DNA from: Eledone cirrhosa
Lineage: Eukaryota
Direction: 5' to 3'
Assembly (NCBI GenBank): GCA_964016885.1
Contig: OZ024742.1
Coordinates: forward strand, 258,850,001 to 258,914,000
DNA length: 64,000 bases
Shown here: positions 1-12,839 of the stretch, one piece after another
Numbering within the stretch: position 1 is the stretch's first letter
Layout of the letters: each line of letters begins with the position of its first letter
Made by a program: the position numbers and the translations under genes
The notes under the pieces: model-generated
Told to the model about the DNA's origin: nothing
Databases searched by the model: none
Seen by the model: the letters and a program-made list of their open reading frames with translations, nothing else

Positions 1-2
1 TC

Positions 3-1388
3 GATGTAGTCAACCTATACTCCAACATCCCCCACAACCTAGGAATAGAAGCTATCCAATTCTGGCTGGATAACTTCCACAATGAACTCCCACAACGCAT
101 CAAAAAGGAATTCGTGATAGAGGGACTCAAATTTATCTTGGAGAACAATTACTTCGTTTTCAATAACAAACCCTACAGGCAGAAATCTGGGACCGCTATG
201 GGAACGAAAACAGCCCCTACTTATGCCAACCTAGTCATGGGATACCTGGAAATCACCCTCTACACTAAAGTCCTAAACAAATTTGGAAACACCCTCCACT
301 TACACATTGAAAGGAACTGGAAGCGATATCTAGATGACTGCTTCATCCTTTGGCACGAAAACATCGAAAAACTTAAAGAATTTCACACCCTTATAAATGG
401 GCTCAACACAAATATTAACTTCACGATGGAATACAGCCATCAACAACTCCCCTTCCTCGACATCCTCATTAAGATCCATAACAAAAAAATAGAAACAGAC
501 ATATACTACAAGCCCACAGACATCAAGCAATACCTCCCCTTCAACTCTTGCCACCCTAGACACGTTAAAATTAATATTCCCTACAACTTAGCCAAGAGAA
601 TCTGTACTATAGTCTCCAATAAAAACATCTGCTACTTACGGCTACAAGAACTAAAGGACACACTCATAGGCAGGGACTACCCTGCATCACTAATTGACAA
701 TGGAATCCAACGTGCCCTAAAACTCAGTACCCAGGACCTTAGACACCCTAAAGTAAATCAACCAAAACTAAAAGCTCTTCCATACATCTCCACACACAAC
801 CCCCTCAACAATGAGGCCTTTGACACCATCCTCCAGAACATCCCTGTATTGAAAAAGGACCATAGAATGAACCAAATTCTACGAACACACGATATAATAA
901 AGAGCAAAAGACAATCCAAGTCAATGAAAAACATCTTAACACATGCCAAAGTACTGCCAACCACAACAACGAAACCCACAGTAAAAAAATGCGATAGACC
1001 CAACTGTGGCATTTGCATCAACCTAATAGAGGGTTCGGAATTCTATTTCAAAGATGGACAACGTTTTATAGTAAAACACAATTTCACATGTGCATCGGAA
1101 AATTTAATATATGTATTAACTTGTTCAGGTTGTCGAGAACAATACATAGGCCAGACCAAAAACAGCCTCCGCCAACGCATGACTGTCCATAGATCCCAAA
1201 TTAAAATACGGGAATACAGGAAAATACCACTGAGTGAACACATTGATACCTGTGCCGCCCAAAATCATCCCAACTTCAGAATCTTTCCCCTCTACAAATT
1301 TAAAGATAATGCCACCCACACCCAGCGCATCAGCAAGGAATCTTACTTCATTAAAAAATACGGACCCCGTCTAAACACTTCTCCCTAA
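3..1388 (+). CDS. Penelope-like retroelement ORF (reverse transcriptase + C-terminal GIY-YIG endonuclease), cut by the left window edge
   Basis: Open frame from base 3 (DVVNLYSNIPH...), GTAMGTKTAPTYANL, catalytic RYLDD, YYKPTD...YLPFNSCHP, Cys linker (CDRPNCGIC), NLIYVLTCSGCREQYIGQT...LRQRMTVH, ends KESYFIKKYGPRLN; no internal stops. Confidence 0.94.
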   Translation, partial: DVVNLYSNIPHNLGIEAIQFWLDNFHNELPQRIKKEFVIEGLKFILENNYFVFNNKPYRQKSGTAMGTKTAPTYANLVMGYLEITLYTKVLNKFGNTLHLHIERNWKRYLDDCFILWHENIEKLKEFHTLINGLNTNINFTMEYSHQQLPFLDILIKIHNKKIETDIYYKPTDIKQYLPFNSCHPRHVKINIPYNLAKRICTIVSNKNICYLRLQELKDTLIGRDYPASLIDNGIQRALKLSTQDLRHPKVNQPKLKALPYISTHNPLNNEAFDTILQNIPVLKKDHRMNQILRTHDIIKSKRQSKSMKNILTHAKVLPTTTTKPTVKKCDRPNCGICINLIEGSEFYFKDGQRFIVKHNFTCASENLIYVLTCSGCREQYIGQTKNSLRQRMTVHRSQIKIREYRKIPLSEHIDTCAAQNHPNFRIFPLYKFKDNATHTQRISKESYFIKKYGPRLNTSP

Positions 1389-1991
1389 GACGAACCCACA
1401 ACATACACACGTCAACATACATACCTACATCAGCACACATCTCTACCCACATATAAACACAATGACACACGTAAACACACATGCTCTATGGTGCAATACA
1501 AAAAAATATGTGCATATATATGTATGTATATATGTATATATATATATATATATATGTAGTGAAAATATATATGTGTGTGTGTGTGTATATATATAGGGTG
1601 AATATCATTTCACACCTTTTATTGTTAAGATTGTTGATGTTCTATTAAGAGAACCGATTTTACTGAAAAAATCGAATAATGTACACCATTTTACCAGGGG
1701 GAAAAAAATACTGGTCCACCCACACACGCACACACACACACACATATATACACAAACACATACACACGCGTACATCAACATACAAAGAGACTTATACACA
1801 CACACACACACGCACTTCTCCGTATAAGACAAAAGCTGAAAAATATCTTTTGACCTTCGAATGACTCTGCTGTGTGTATGTACGCACACACACACACACA
1901 CACACACACACTTATCTTAATAGCCATTTGACACACATCGCTGGTGGCTATTGTCGCAGCATCGAACACCTCACTACTACTACTACACACA

Positions 1992-2038
<47 letters not shown>

Positions 2039-2063
2039 TTGTTGTGAAAGAGTCATTTCTCAA

Positions 2064-2299
2064 TCTTGGCGCAAAACCAATTTTTTATCCACATGACCTC
2101 TACCGACCAATCAAAATTGTTTTGACCAATAATTTTTGCTGGAGCCACTTTTCTAACATTTTAACATAAAAACAGTCTTGGCGCAAAATCAACTTTTTAC
2201 ATTCACATGACCTCTACCGACCAATCAAAATTGTTTTGACCACAAGCATTTTTGCAACACAAAAATAACGCTGGAGCCATTTTTTTAACATAAAAACAG
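2064..2299 (+). repeat. Imperfect ~112-bp tandem duplication containing ACCAATCAAA
   Basis: tcttggcgcaaaa...acatgacctctaccgaccaatcaaaattgttttgacc...ctggagcca...aacataaaaacag starts at 2064 and 2176. Confidence 0.85.
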
Positions 2300-2359
2300 G
2301 TAGAATTCCCAAAACTAATCAGATCAGAGCAAACAGCACGGACACTCTATCTCAAAATT

Positions 2360-2398
2360 ATTTTTGAAAAGCATTTAGAAATGCGCAACCGGTAAAAA
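2360..2398 (+). ncRNA. Hammerhead-like motif, U3-A8 core, mutated (GCAA for GAAA)
   Basis: TTT-TTGAAAA-GCATTT ag AAATGC-GCAAC CG GTA-AAAA; same layout as 18723-18760. Confidence 0.55.
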
Positions 2399-2519
2399 CT
2401 TAAAAACTTAAAACCACAACTGAATACTAACCCATACAATCACTAATACTCTTTTATTCCTAATTAAACCATTTTTCAACTGTGAACAATTTGTCAGCAT
2501 TTTCTATTCCGTTTACCAA

Positions 2520-2772
2520 TATATATATATATATATATAATATATATGTATGTATATATATGTATATATATATAACATATATATATATATATGTATATAT
2601 AAATATTTATAAGTTATTTGGAAGCCTCGACAATGCAAATGGGTAAATCTCCGGGTAACAAGGTCCGGAGATTTACCCATTTGCATTGTCGAGGCTTCCA
2701 AACAACTTATAAATATTTATATATACATATATATATATATGTGTTATATATATATACATATATATACATACA

Positions 2773-2856
<84 letters not shown>

Positions 2857-2978
2857 TGTATGTATATATATGTATATATATATAACATATATATATATAT
2901 ATGTATATATAAATATTTATAAGTTGTTTGGAAGCCTCGACAATGCAAATGGGTAAATCTCCGGGTAACAAGGTCCGG
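2520..2978. repeat. Inverted triplication (A, A-reverse, A) of a ~150-bp unit including its irregular AT microsatellite
   Basis: aaatatttataagtt..ttggaagcctcgacaatgcaaatgggtaaatctccgg at 2601 and 2911, reverse complement at 2665-2720; junctions at CCGG-gtaacaaggt-CCGG and inside (AT)n. Confidence 0.92.
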
Positions 2979-3265
2979 TGGTGGAGAGAGAGATATGTAA
3001 GTGGGTGTACGTTGAGATGCGTGTTGTGTATAAGATGTGTGAGATGTGTAGAATGAAGGAAAGTGCAAAAGAATAAAAATAATAATAACAACACAAGAGA
3101 GAGAGTTACCTTGGGAGAGATTTAATAGTCCCTATATATTTCGGATTCACATCCATCAACTGGGTTTTTTTTCCGGGGTGGGGGAAAAGGTTGTCTGTCG
3201 GACAACTCGGAACGCGTCTTTCAAATATATGTATATATATATTATTTATAAATATATGTATATAC

Positions 3266-3326
<61 letters not shown>

Positions 3327-3329
<3 letters not shown>

Positions 3330-4317
3330 ATGAAATATAAGAATCAAAGAACTGTTCAAAACATTATTGTGCTTACAGCTGTTTCCTCCAAACCGAGGTT
3401 TGGATTCTTCGGAGCAATTTATTAATGCATGGACAGTTATATGACCTCCTTTTCAGCCGAGAGACAATGGCGTTTCTAGAAACGTAACAACCTCCTGTAT
3501 CAAACTAAAGAACACCTAACTACGATCTCTAACTGGATTGTCGTGGATTATGTAAAAGGCATATAATCGAAAAATACACTCCCCTGACCATGAAAATGCC
3601 GAAGTACATGAAATACTGGACATCCCTGCGCTGTGCATCTCCATTACTTATAACACTTTTAATGATTGCACTATCTTTATTGCTTATAATATTTCTCCAC
3701 ACACAGACTATATCAATCATATAAAGAATTTGCCACCAGATCTACCAACCTAACACTCTTATTTACCTACCTAAGTGCCTCTACCACACATATCTCTCTG
3801 CCACACTATATAAACAAGACGCACATGCGTGCCACACATATAACATTTGCACTATATAACCGCTTATCTTCATGTTGTATTTTAACCGATATTTTTGATT
3901 TTTGATTGTACCTATTAATATAAATGTAATCTCGAAGTGTGTACTGCCACTCTAAATTCTGTAATGAATGTTGACCCACAATGTTTGAATATGTATCAAT
4001 GTTTGAATATGTATTGGTATGTCTCTCGGCTGAAAAGGAGGTCATATAACTGTCCATGCATTAATAAATTGCTCCGAAGAATCCAAACCTCGGTTTGGAG
4101 GAAACAGCTGTAAGCAGAATAATGTTTTGAACAGTTCTTTGATTCTTATATTTCATATAACTGCTCTGTAAATCATCTGATGTTTTTACATTGAGCTACT
4201 TAACTTACTGGTAATAAGGTAGTAATACAATACTGCCTACCACTATTTAGGGTGTGTGTAAAATACTTACAACTGCTTAAGGTCTTGTATTTACATAACC
4301 ATAAATAGTATAACTAA

Positions 4318-4320
<3 letters not shown>
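3327..4320 (+). mobile_element. PLE-derived element with ~140-bp inverted arms (3327-3466 / 4020-4159) and a 3' tail to (TA)n
   Basis: Near-perfect inverted repeat containing a hammerhead motif; right arm continues ~160 bp to a microsatellite. Confidence 0.75.
4070..4116 (+). ncRNA. Type I minimal hammerhead-like motif with CCGAAGA core (mirror copy ~3370-3416, minus strand)
   Basis: TGCT-CCGAAGA-aTCCAAACC tc GGTTTGGAg-GAAAC AGCT GTA-AGCA. Confidence 0.7.
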
Positions 4321-4368
<48 letters not shown>

Positions 4369-4369
4369 A

Positions 4370-4401
<32 letters not shown>

Positions 4402-4425
4402 CTATATCTAATACATATGTATATA

Positions 4426-4479
<54 letters not shown>

Positions 4480-4664
4480 TATATACGCTTTGCAGCTTGT
4501 TGGTACGGACGTGCGTCACTGACCGTCGAGACGTGAAATTTTAAATCGACAGAGATCAGTGCTATGTTTCATTGTAATTTTTCAGAAAACAAGGAAAATA
4601 TATATAAGAGATAAGTATTTATACTTTGACGCGATTATTTTACGTATGTTAGCGTTTTAAAATC

Positions 4665-5412
4665 GTGTCAAAATCGATACGAGACCTGGGTATAGACATG
4701 AACGATAATGCATCTTTTTCCTCACACATCATGAAAGTGGCGACAATGTGCCATGTTGACACCATGTTGACACTATGGAGAATATTTGTCCTAAGCCGCC
4801 TGGACTATTGCTCCCAAGTGTGGTCACCCCATAGTGTAAAACTAACCACGGAGCTTGAAGCAATCCAGCGAAGGTACACCAAGAGGATTGCCACGATGAA
4901 GGAGATAAGCTACTGGGAGAGGCTAAAGGAACTGAACCTCTGCTCCTTGGAACGAAGACGGGAGAGATAAGCAGTGATCTACATGTGGAAAATCCTGCAG
5001 AGACGAGCACCAAATTTTGGCATTGCGAGCTGTACCAACCGTCGAACAGGACATCACTGTGTTTTTCCAAAGATCCCGACCCGTCTTCCATATCTAGAAT
5101 AAGGAGAAGATATTGCAATAGCCCGGGATTCAAGGGTCCTCAACTCATCAACAAGTTTCCGAGGGATCTGAGAGATCTGCATGGTGTGGGGCTCGATGTC
5201 TTTAAGAAACATCTAGACACCTTGCTATCCAGGATTCCGGATGAGCCCACAGCGAGGCACGAGGGAAACCTAAGAGCAGCAGCAACAAACTCCCTCTTAC
5301 ACCCACCAGTCCAATACAGGCTGGAAATAAAATGTGTAGCAACCAGGGCGGTGCCCCAGCATGGCCTCAGCCGGATGGCTGGAACATGAAAAAGAGTAAA
5401 AGAGTAAAAGAA
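4665..5412 (+). pseudogene. 5'-truncated CR1/Jockey-group LINE ORF2 C-terminus plus 3' tail
   Basis: IRDLGI...SRLDYCSQVWSP...LEAIQRRYTKRI...SYWERLKELNLCSLERRRER, then stop/frameshift, [16 protein letters not shown]; tail ggtgccccagcatggcc...(gagtaaaa)n. Confidence 0.88.
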
Positions 5413-5417
5413 TAATA

Positions 5418-5545
<128 letters not shown>

Positions 5546-5550
5546 CATAT

Positions 5551-5648
<98 letters not shown>

Positions 5649-5657
5649 ATATATATA

Positions 5658-5803
<146 letters not shown>

Positions 5804-6189
5804 GAGAGACAGACAGATATATACGTATTATTGAACGTAAAGATTAATGCAGCCCAACTCTTGATTAGATAGAGCGTAGTACGAGTTTGGAGTAGGGATT
5901 TATAAATATTTAACCTAAATCGCGTGATTCATTGTGTGTAGGCTTGGTGTGGTTTGTTGTATACCATGGCAAATGGATCGGCCATCAGTACATGCACGAT
6001 GTAATTATACAATTATCTACAACACCTTACTTTCCACTCGCATATGGAATACTTCTTAGCTGTTAAATCATATATGAAACTGCTACTATGACTAATTCAT
6101 TATTGAGAACATCTCACCAATGCATACACCCTCAACCACAAACAGGCATATATTGCTAGATGGTTAGATACATACATACATATACATAC

Positions 6190-6311
<122 letters not shown>

Positions 6312-6319
6312 AAAATACA

Positions 6320-6369
<50 letters not shown>

Positions 6370-6448
6370 TATATACACATAAATAAACATACATGTATAT
6401 ATATTTACATATAAATAAGCATCTACACATATATATATACACACACAG

Positions 6449-6486
<38 letters not shown>

Positions 6487-6546
6487 GCATATATGCATTA
6501 ACACACAGGCACACATACATCCCTTGGTTTGTGGTACCGTCCCACC

Positions 6547-6619
<73 letters not shown>

Positions 6620-7047
6620 CTTTACATACATATAAGTATGTTTATATATATATATATATATATATACGTTAATTTGTATATGTATATAATATATATATAT
6701 ATATATACACATATATATATATGTACATATATATAATAGTGCCTACACATATATGTATAAATGCGTACACACATATATAGAGACTCAGAGGCATACATAT
6801 ATTCATATATGTACACATGTGTAACTGTGTGTGCGCATTAAGAAATGTTGAAGGAAAAAAATCCGTGAGGAGCGCTCATTAGGATAATTATAATCGTACC
6901 TCCCCGTATTTTTGCACAAGGGGAGTTTAGAAATATTTGCATTCAAAAAACATTATCCTTGCCCTTTCAAGAAAGGAACCTCATTTGCAGATATTCGTTC
7001 AGGGACAGGAGCAAGAGAGTGCGATCTTATAAGGAGGTCAAATTTAC

Positions 7048-7098
<51 letters not shown>

Positions 7099-7099
7099 A

Positions 7100-7717
7100 A
7101 CATGAGAAGAATGAATACTGCGTGGTTGCACATGGTTTACATATGATAAAAATAGTCCTTCATCAGTGATTTTCCAACCTTCATTGGTATTTCATCGCTT
7201 TAAAAATCATATACCTCCAGTTGGTGCGAGCAATAGCTAAATAAAGCTACTGGGACAAGTAAATCGCGTAAAGCGAGCGAGACAAGTAAACACACATAGA
7301 AGGATAGCAACTCAAAGACAGGAAAAAATAAGCACATGGGAGTGCGATCAGCTTAAACTGTGTGGATTTCATGGGCGAGAGAGACAGCAGACCGTCCAAC
7401 GCGAGTGAGGTGTGAGCAAGAAAGGACCCCACTTCAGGCCAAACGGGAAGAAGTGAGAAGGGGAGAAGCAGAAAGTGAGTGAGTGGAAGGGCGAAGAAGA
7501 GGCCAGTCGAGAGAAAGTGTAACTGACAGAGAGGGGCGAAAGAAGGTGAGAGAAACAGAGAGAAGGGGAAGCAGTAAGAGAGAAACAGACAAACGCAGTT
7601 GGGGAAAATATATATAAAATACATGAGAAGAATGAATACTGCGTGGTTGCACATGGGTTACATATGATAAAAATAGTCCTTCATCAGTGATTTTCCAACC
7701 TTCATTGGTATTTCATC
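7100..7717 (-). repeat. ~620-bp element bounded by 97-bp direct repeats (7100-7196, 7621-7717), pseudo-LTR-like
   Basis: acatgagaagaatgaatactgcgtgg...ttggtatttcatc twice (1 mismatch seen); CTGATGA on the minus strand of each repeat; next to (TA)n. Confidence 0.75.
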
Positions 7718-8615
7718 ATATATATATATATAAAACTGAGGATGTCTGTCTGTGTGCGTGTGAGTTTGAATCCCTAAAACTCTGGAACCACCCAACCGAC
7801 TGTTTTAAAACTTTAAACATCTAATAAATATGTTTCAGGGAGTGTTCTGAGCCAGAAAATTCCAAATTTTCCATGCATTAGGGGCCACATTAGGCGATTT
7901 AGCGATCTCTCTCTATAATTCTTAGTCTTTCTCTTTTGAGATAGGTACATACATATAACGTTGCGCCCTTATAATATCTGTCTGTATGTCTGGATGTCTG
8001 CATTACGTCACTTCCCTGAGGATGTCTGCCTGTGTGTGTGTCTATCTGTCTGTGAGTTTGAATCCCTAAAACTCGAGAAGTACCCAACCGATTTATGTTT
8101 CAGGGAGTGGTATACACATACAAAAGTTCAACTTTTTTATCTCCTAGCGACGGCATTAGGTGAAAAACTGCGTTTTTTAAGCTTTTTATGGATTTTTTGA
8201 GGCGTTACGTCATACCGATTTCCTTGAAATTGTAACTATGTATTAGACTGTCTCTTCTTCATGCCGTGAGCAAAGAAAATCCAACTTTTTATGGTCTAAG
8301 GCCCGCATTAGGTGAAAAACTTTATTTTTTCCAGCTTTTTAGGGCTTTTTGGAGGCGTTATGTCTAGCCGATTTTCCCGAAATTTCAAGGCATATTATGC
8401 ACATAAAAAAAATTCATTTTCTTGATCGCTTAGGGCCCCCATTAGGTGAAAACCTCCATTTTTCCTCCTTCATCTTAAAGATTATCCAGTCATCAGAGTA
8501 TTCAGTTTATTTTCTTTACATATTGTCCAGGCATGTATCTTTTCCATGATTACGTCTGTTGGCGGCCCGCCTTCCAAAATACCTTATCCCGTGCAACGCC
8601 GGTTACAAATGCTAG
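7718..8615 (+). mobile_element. Non-autonomous Helitron-like element, copy 1 (with internal subrepeat at ~8016)
   Basis: 5' tatataaaactgaggatgtctgtctgtgtg; 3' hairpin cccgtgcaacgccgg then CTAG|T. Confidence 0.75.
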
Positions 8616-9126
8616 TATATATGTAAAACTGAGGATGTCTGTCTGTGTGTGTGTGAGTTTGAATCTCTAAAACTAGACAAGAACCCAACCGACTGTTTTC
8701 AAACTTTACACATGTAATACTTATCTTTCGGGGAGTGTTCTGAGCAAAGAATTTCACATTTTCAATGAACTAGGGACCGCATTAGGCGACTTAGCGATCT
8801 CTCTCTATAATTCTTCCTCTTTCTCTTTTTAGATAGATACATACATATAACGTCGCGCTCTTATAATATCTTTCTGTATGTCTGGCTGTCTGCCGCATCC
8901 GGTTATTCTGCCACCCTTGCTCAAGACAAATCTCACACTCATTCCCCAAACAGTTGGTAAGTGCACACAACTTCTTCCTCACGCTTTAAGCCACAATGTC
9001 GCTTACTTACGTACCACCAGACCCTTACTTCTTTGCCAGCCGTGGTTGTGGCAATACTAAGCTTAGCTAAGACAGTTATATATTTCACAATACCTTATCC
9101 CGTGCAACGCCGGGTACCTCTGCTAG
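8616..9126 (+). mobile_element. Non-autonomous Helitron-like element, copy 2 (head-to-tail with copy 1)
   Basis: Same 5' sequence; 3' aataccttatcccgtgcaacgccgggtacctctgCTAG|T. Confidence 0.75.
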
Positions 9127-10388
9127 TATATATATATATATAATAAAGCATTCATGTCTTTTTCCTGGTTTCCTCTGCATATACTTGAAATATTCTCATC
9201 TATAATGCATGTTATAAACTTTAAAACCAGATCTTACTATACTGATCAATGAAAAGCATATGTTAGACGGTGTAGTCTTTGGGTATTTATGAAAAGTATT
9301 GTTTAGGCACGCGTGGAATGTATTTGACCATAGTTCTATTTACTTGCATCATAGAGTTAAATTAACAACAAAAGCAAAAATACTTCGCGAGAACAAATGC
9401 CAAATCTACAAGGCTGAAAATAAAAAAAAGTTAAGTACTTCTTAGAAAGTCTTATTTCGATGCAAAACAAAAGAGATGTTTTTCCATATGAGAGGCATGG
9501 GAATAAATATATTTTGAAGGATTCATGCTATATAGATATAGAAGAAAATCCCACTTATGAGATATCTCCCGCTCTTATTACAGAAACCAAATAAACAATG
9601 CTTATTTATAAAGAAAATATTTGCAAAAGCTGCTATATTAATACAATACTGAGGGAATCAAATGTAATACAATACACGTTGTTGAATGCTCCAGGAAGAG
9701 AGAATCGGGATTAGAGAAAGAGTAAAGCCTTAATTTCGAATAAATGAAAGCAGTATACTGAATGTTTGATGAATGCATCTCCCGTTAGTCAAGGCAAAAT
9801 ACAACATATATGCACACACATATCAAGACTAAGGTACATAAACTGATATACACACAGAAACACAAACATTCTCCTCTCCCCTCTCTCGCTCTCATTCAAT
9901 CATACAGTCACAATCGGACATACATAAATATTTACAAATGAATAATGGAATGACGAAACTAATGGAAGGAATTAAAATGATAATGCCTCATTGCATACAC
10001 TCTTTCCGATGTTCAGTGTGGGGATTTATCTCAGTTATATACATATAATATTAGGCTTTCGGTGAAAAAATCATGATTTCTATCTTCCCCAAACATCTGT
10101 ACCAAAATGAATAATTTCTAATATATCCGTACATCTAAATCATGAAAAGCAATTAAATATAACATAAATGGATTTATATTTTTGCTTTTATTTTTACTAT
10201 TTTCTTTCCTTTTTGAAGATTGCAATTACAGAGTTTGACACAGGCTCTCAATGTATATATTGTCCATGAGTGTATTAATATAACGAGGTTTGTATTTTAG
10301 CAAAAGAAACACTCAGGCACACACATATCCGTATTTATCTGTATATTTCTCTCTCTCTCTCTATTATTCTCTCTCTCACTCTCTCCCC

Positions 10389-10427
<39 letters not shown>

Positions 10428-10458
10428 CCTATCTCTGTGTATGTATATATATTTATAT

Positions 10459-10660
10459 ATAACGAAGGAGGTGTGGTAAATAACCAGATGGACCATAACG
10501 TACCACCAGAGTACTCGATACTTAGGGTAGTAGAGTGGGTAATAGGAAAATGTTAGACCCCGACGGCGGAGCTCAAGCCGTTTCGACGGCTATTTCTGGA
10601 GTCCCTAAATAGCCGTCGAAATGGCTTGAGCTCTGCCGTCGGGGTCTAACATTTTCCTAT
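10459..10660 (-). mobile_element. Family X hammerhead-associated short element, foldback copy
   Basis: Palindrome centred near 10600 plus tail; same family as 10961, 18961, 20525, 26216, 51882. Confidence 0.8.
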
Positions 10661-10664
10661 AAAC

Positions 10665-10755
<91 letters not shown>

Positions 10756-10862
10756 AGCAAACAATTTATGGACCAAGATATTTGTTTCTCCGTTACGAGC
10801 CTCCTATTCTCCGCAGTAATCTCATTAATTCGTTGAAACTATTTGTATAGATAGATAAACAG

Positions 10863-11154
<292 letters not shown>

Positions 11155-11172
11155 ATATATATATATATATAA

Positions 11173-11273
<101 letters not shown>

Positions 11274-11275
11274 TA

Positions 11276-11385
<110 letters not shown>

Positions 11386-11890
11386 GATACAGATAGAGAG
11401 TTAGATAAATGAAATATGTCATTGTCGTATTAGAAAGACGAGTTAGCTTCGTTAACACTCAGTGATACACGAATATATTTCATTGTTTCATAGTGGCTAT
11501 TAATTATTTGAGTTTTGAATGGCTGTGAAGAAAGAGAACAGACATTATATGAAACTCGCATTGCAAACTATTTATATATATATAAAGAATATTTAAACAA
11601 AATATTTATAAATATACAATATTTTTATCCAACAGAGATGTGTACTACTTCTGTGGTGGATCACAGCACGTATTGTTTTTGCTGAAATATCGTTTCCTGC
11701 CCTGTTAAAATAAAAATGATGTATTAAATATTATGTTCTGCTTTCGAACTTCAGTTGTTTATATGTAATAAGTGTGTACATACACATGAACATATTTCAT
11801 TGCTCCAAATATTGATATTGTTCATTAAGCATTTTAGTGTCATGCGAGTGGAATTTACTAGATGAACATTCCAATATATGTATGTGTGTA

Positions 11891-11947
<57 letters not shown>

Positions 11948-11953
<6 letters not shown>

Positions 11954-12495
11954 AAATAAATAAGTCAAATGTTTAAAATTTGGCTTCGTTTATTACTGCT
12001 ATATATATTTCGGTGACAGCCATCTTTGGCTGTGACCTCTTCAGGCAGTCCGAATTAGTGTGGTAGAGACGAGTACACATGTTGTTGAGGTGTATAACTT
12101 TGCCAATACTCTGATATGCCCAGTTCCTGGTTGGGTTGTTATTTCACTGAGGAACTGGAATCATATTTAGATTCCAGTTCCTCAGTGAAATAACAACCCA
12201 ACCAGGAACTGGGCATATCAGAGTATTGGCAAAGTTATACACCTCAACAACATGTGTACTCGTCTCTACCACACTAATTCGGACTGCCTGAAGAGGTCAC
12301 AGCCAAAGATGGCTGTCACCGAAATATATATAGCAGTAATAAACGAAGCCAAATTTTAAACATTTGACTTATTTATTTTATTTTATTTTATTTTATTTTA
12401 CATAACTCCGGAGTAACCAAACCAACCTGCGCACTTCGCCGAGTGCTCCAATCTGCATACTGAGGTTTTGGTAGTCAACACCAACATATACTCAA
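11948..12495 (+). mobile_element. Foldback element: ~215-bp arms (11948-12162 / 12170-12384), 7-nt spacer, 3' tail
   Basis: Arms appear perfectly complementary; hammerhead in each arm; flanked by (TA)n. Confidence 0.88.
12283..12337 (+). ncRNA. Type I minimal hammerhead ribozyme, intact core (mirror copy on minus strand ~11995-12049)
   Basis: ACTGC-CTGAAGA-GGTcACAGCC aaagat GGCTGTcACC-GAAAT ATAT ATA-GCAGT. Confidence 0.85.
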
Positions 12496-12637
12496 TATAT
12501 ATATATAAAGAATTGGTATATCTAACAACATATTTACACAGAAGTATACTTACGCTAGCAAGATATAGGTTTTGTAGTAACTTTGTGGTTCAATACAAAA
12601 ATGTAGAACAAGTATAAGAAATTATTTTACGTCTTTC

Positions 12638-12839
<202 letters not shown>

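Larger units (their letters stand above)
1..2519 (+). mobile_element. Penelope-like element including 3' UTR/pseudo-LTR region, ending at a (TA)n tract
   Basis: ORF followed by a CA-rich UTR, a hammerhead-like motif at 2360-2398, and homology of ~2270-2398 to 18640-18760; the 3' boundary is inferred. Confidence 0.65.

Noticed and set aside
3130-3164. Minus-strand CCC-AGTTGAT-GGAT gtga ATCC-GAAATATATA-GGG hammerhead-like motif
   Set aside because: Core too degenerate to call; possibly a decayed ribozyme
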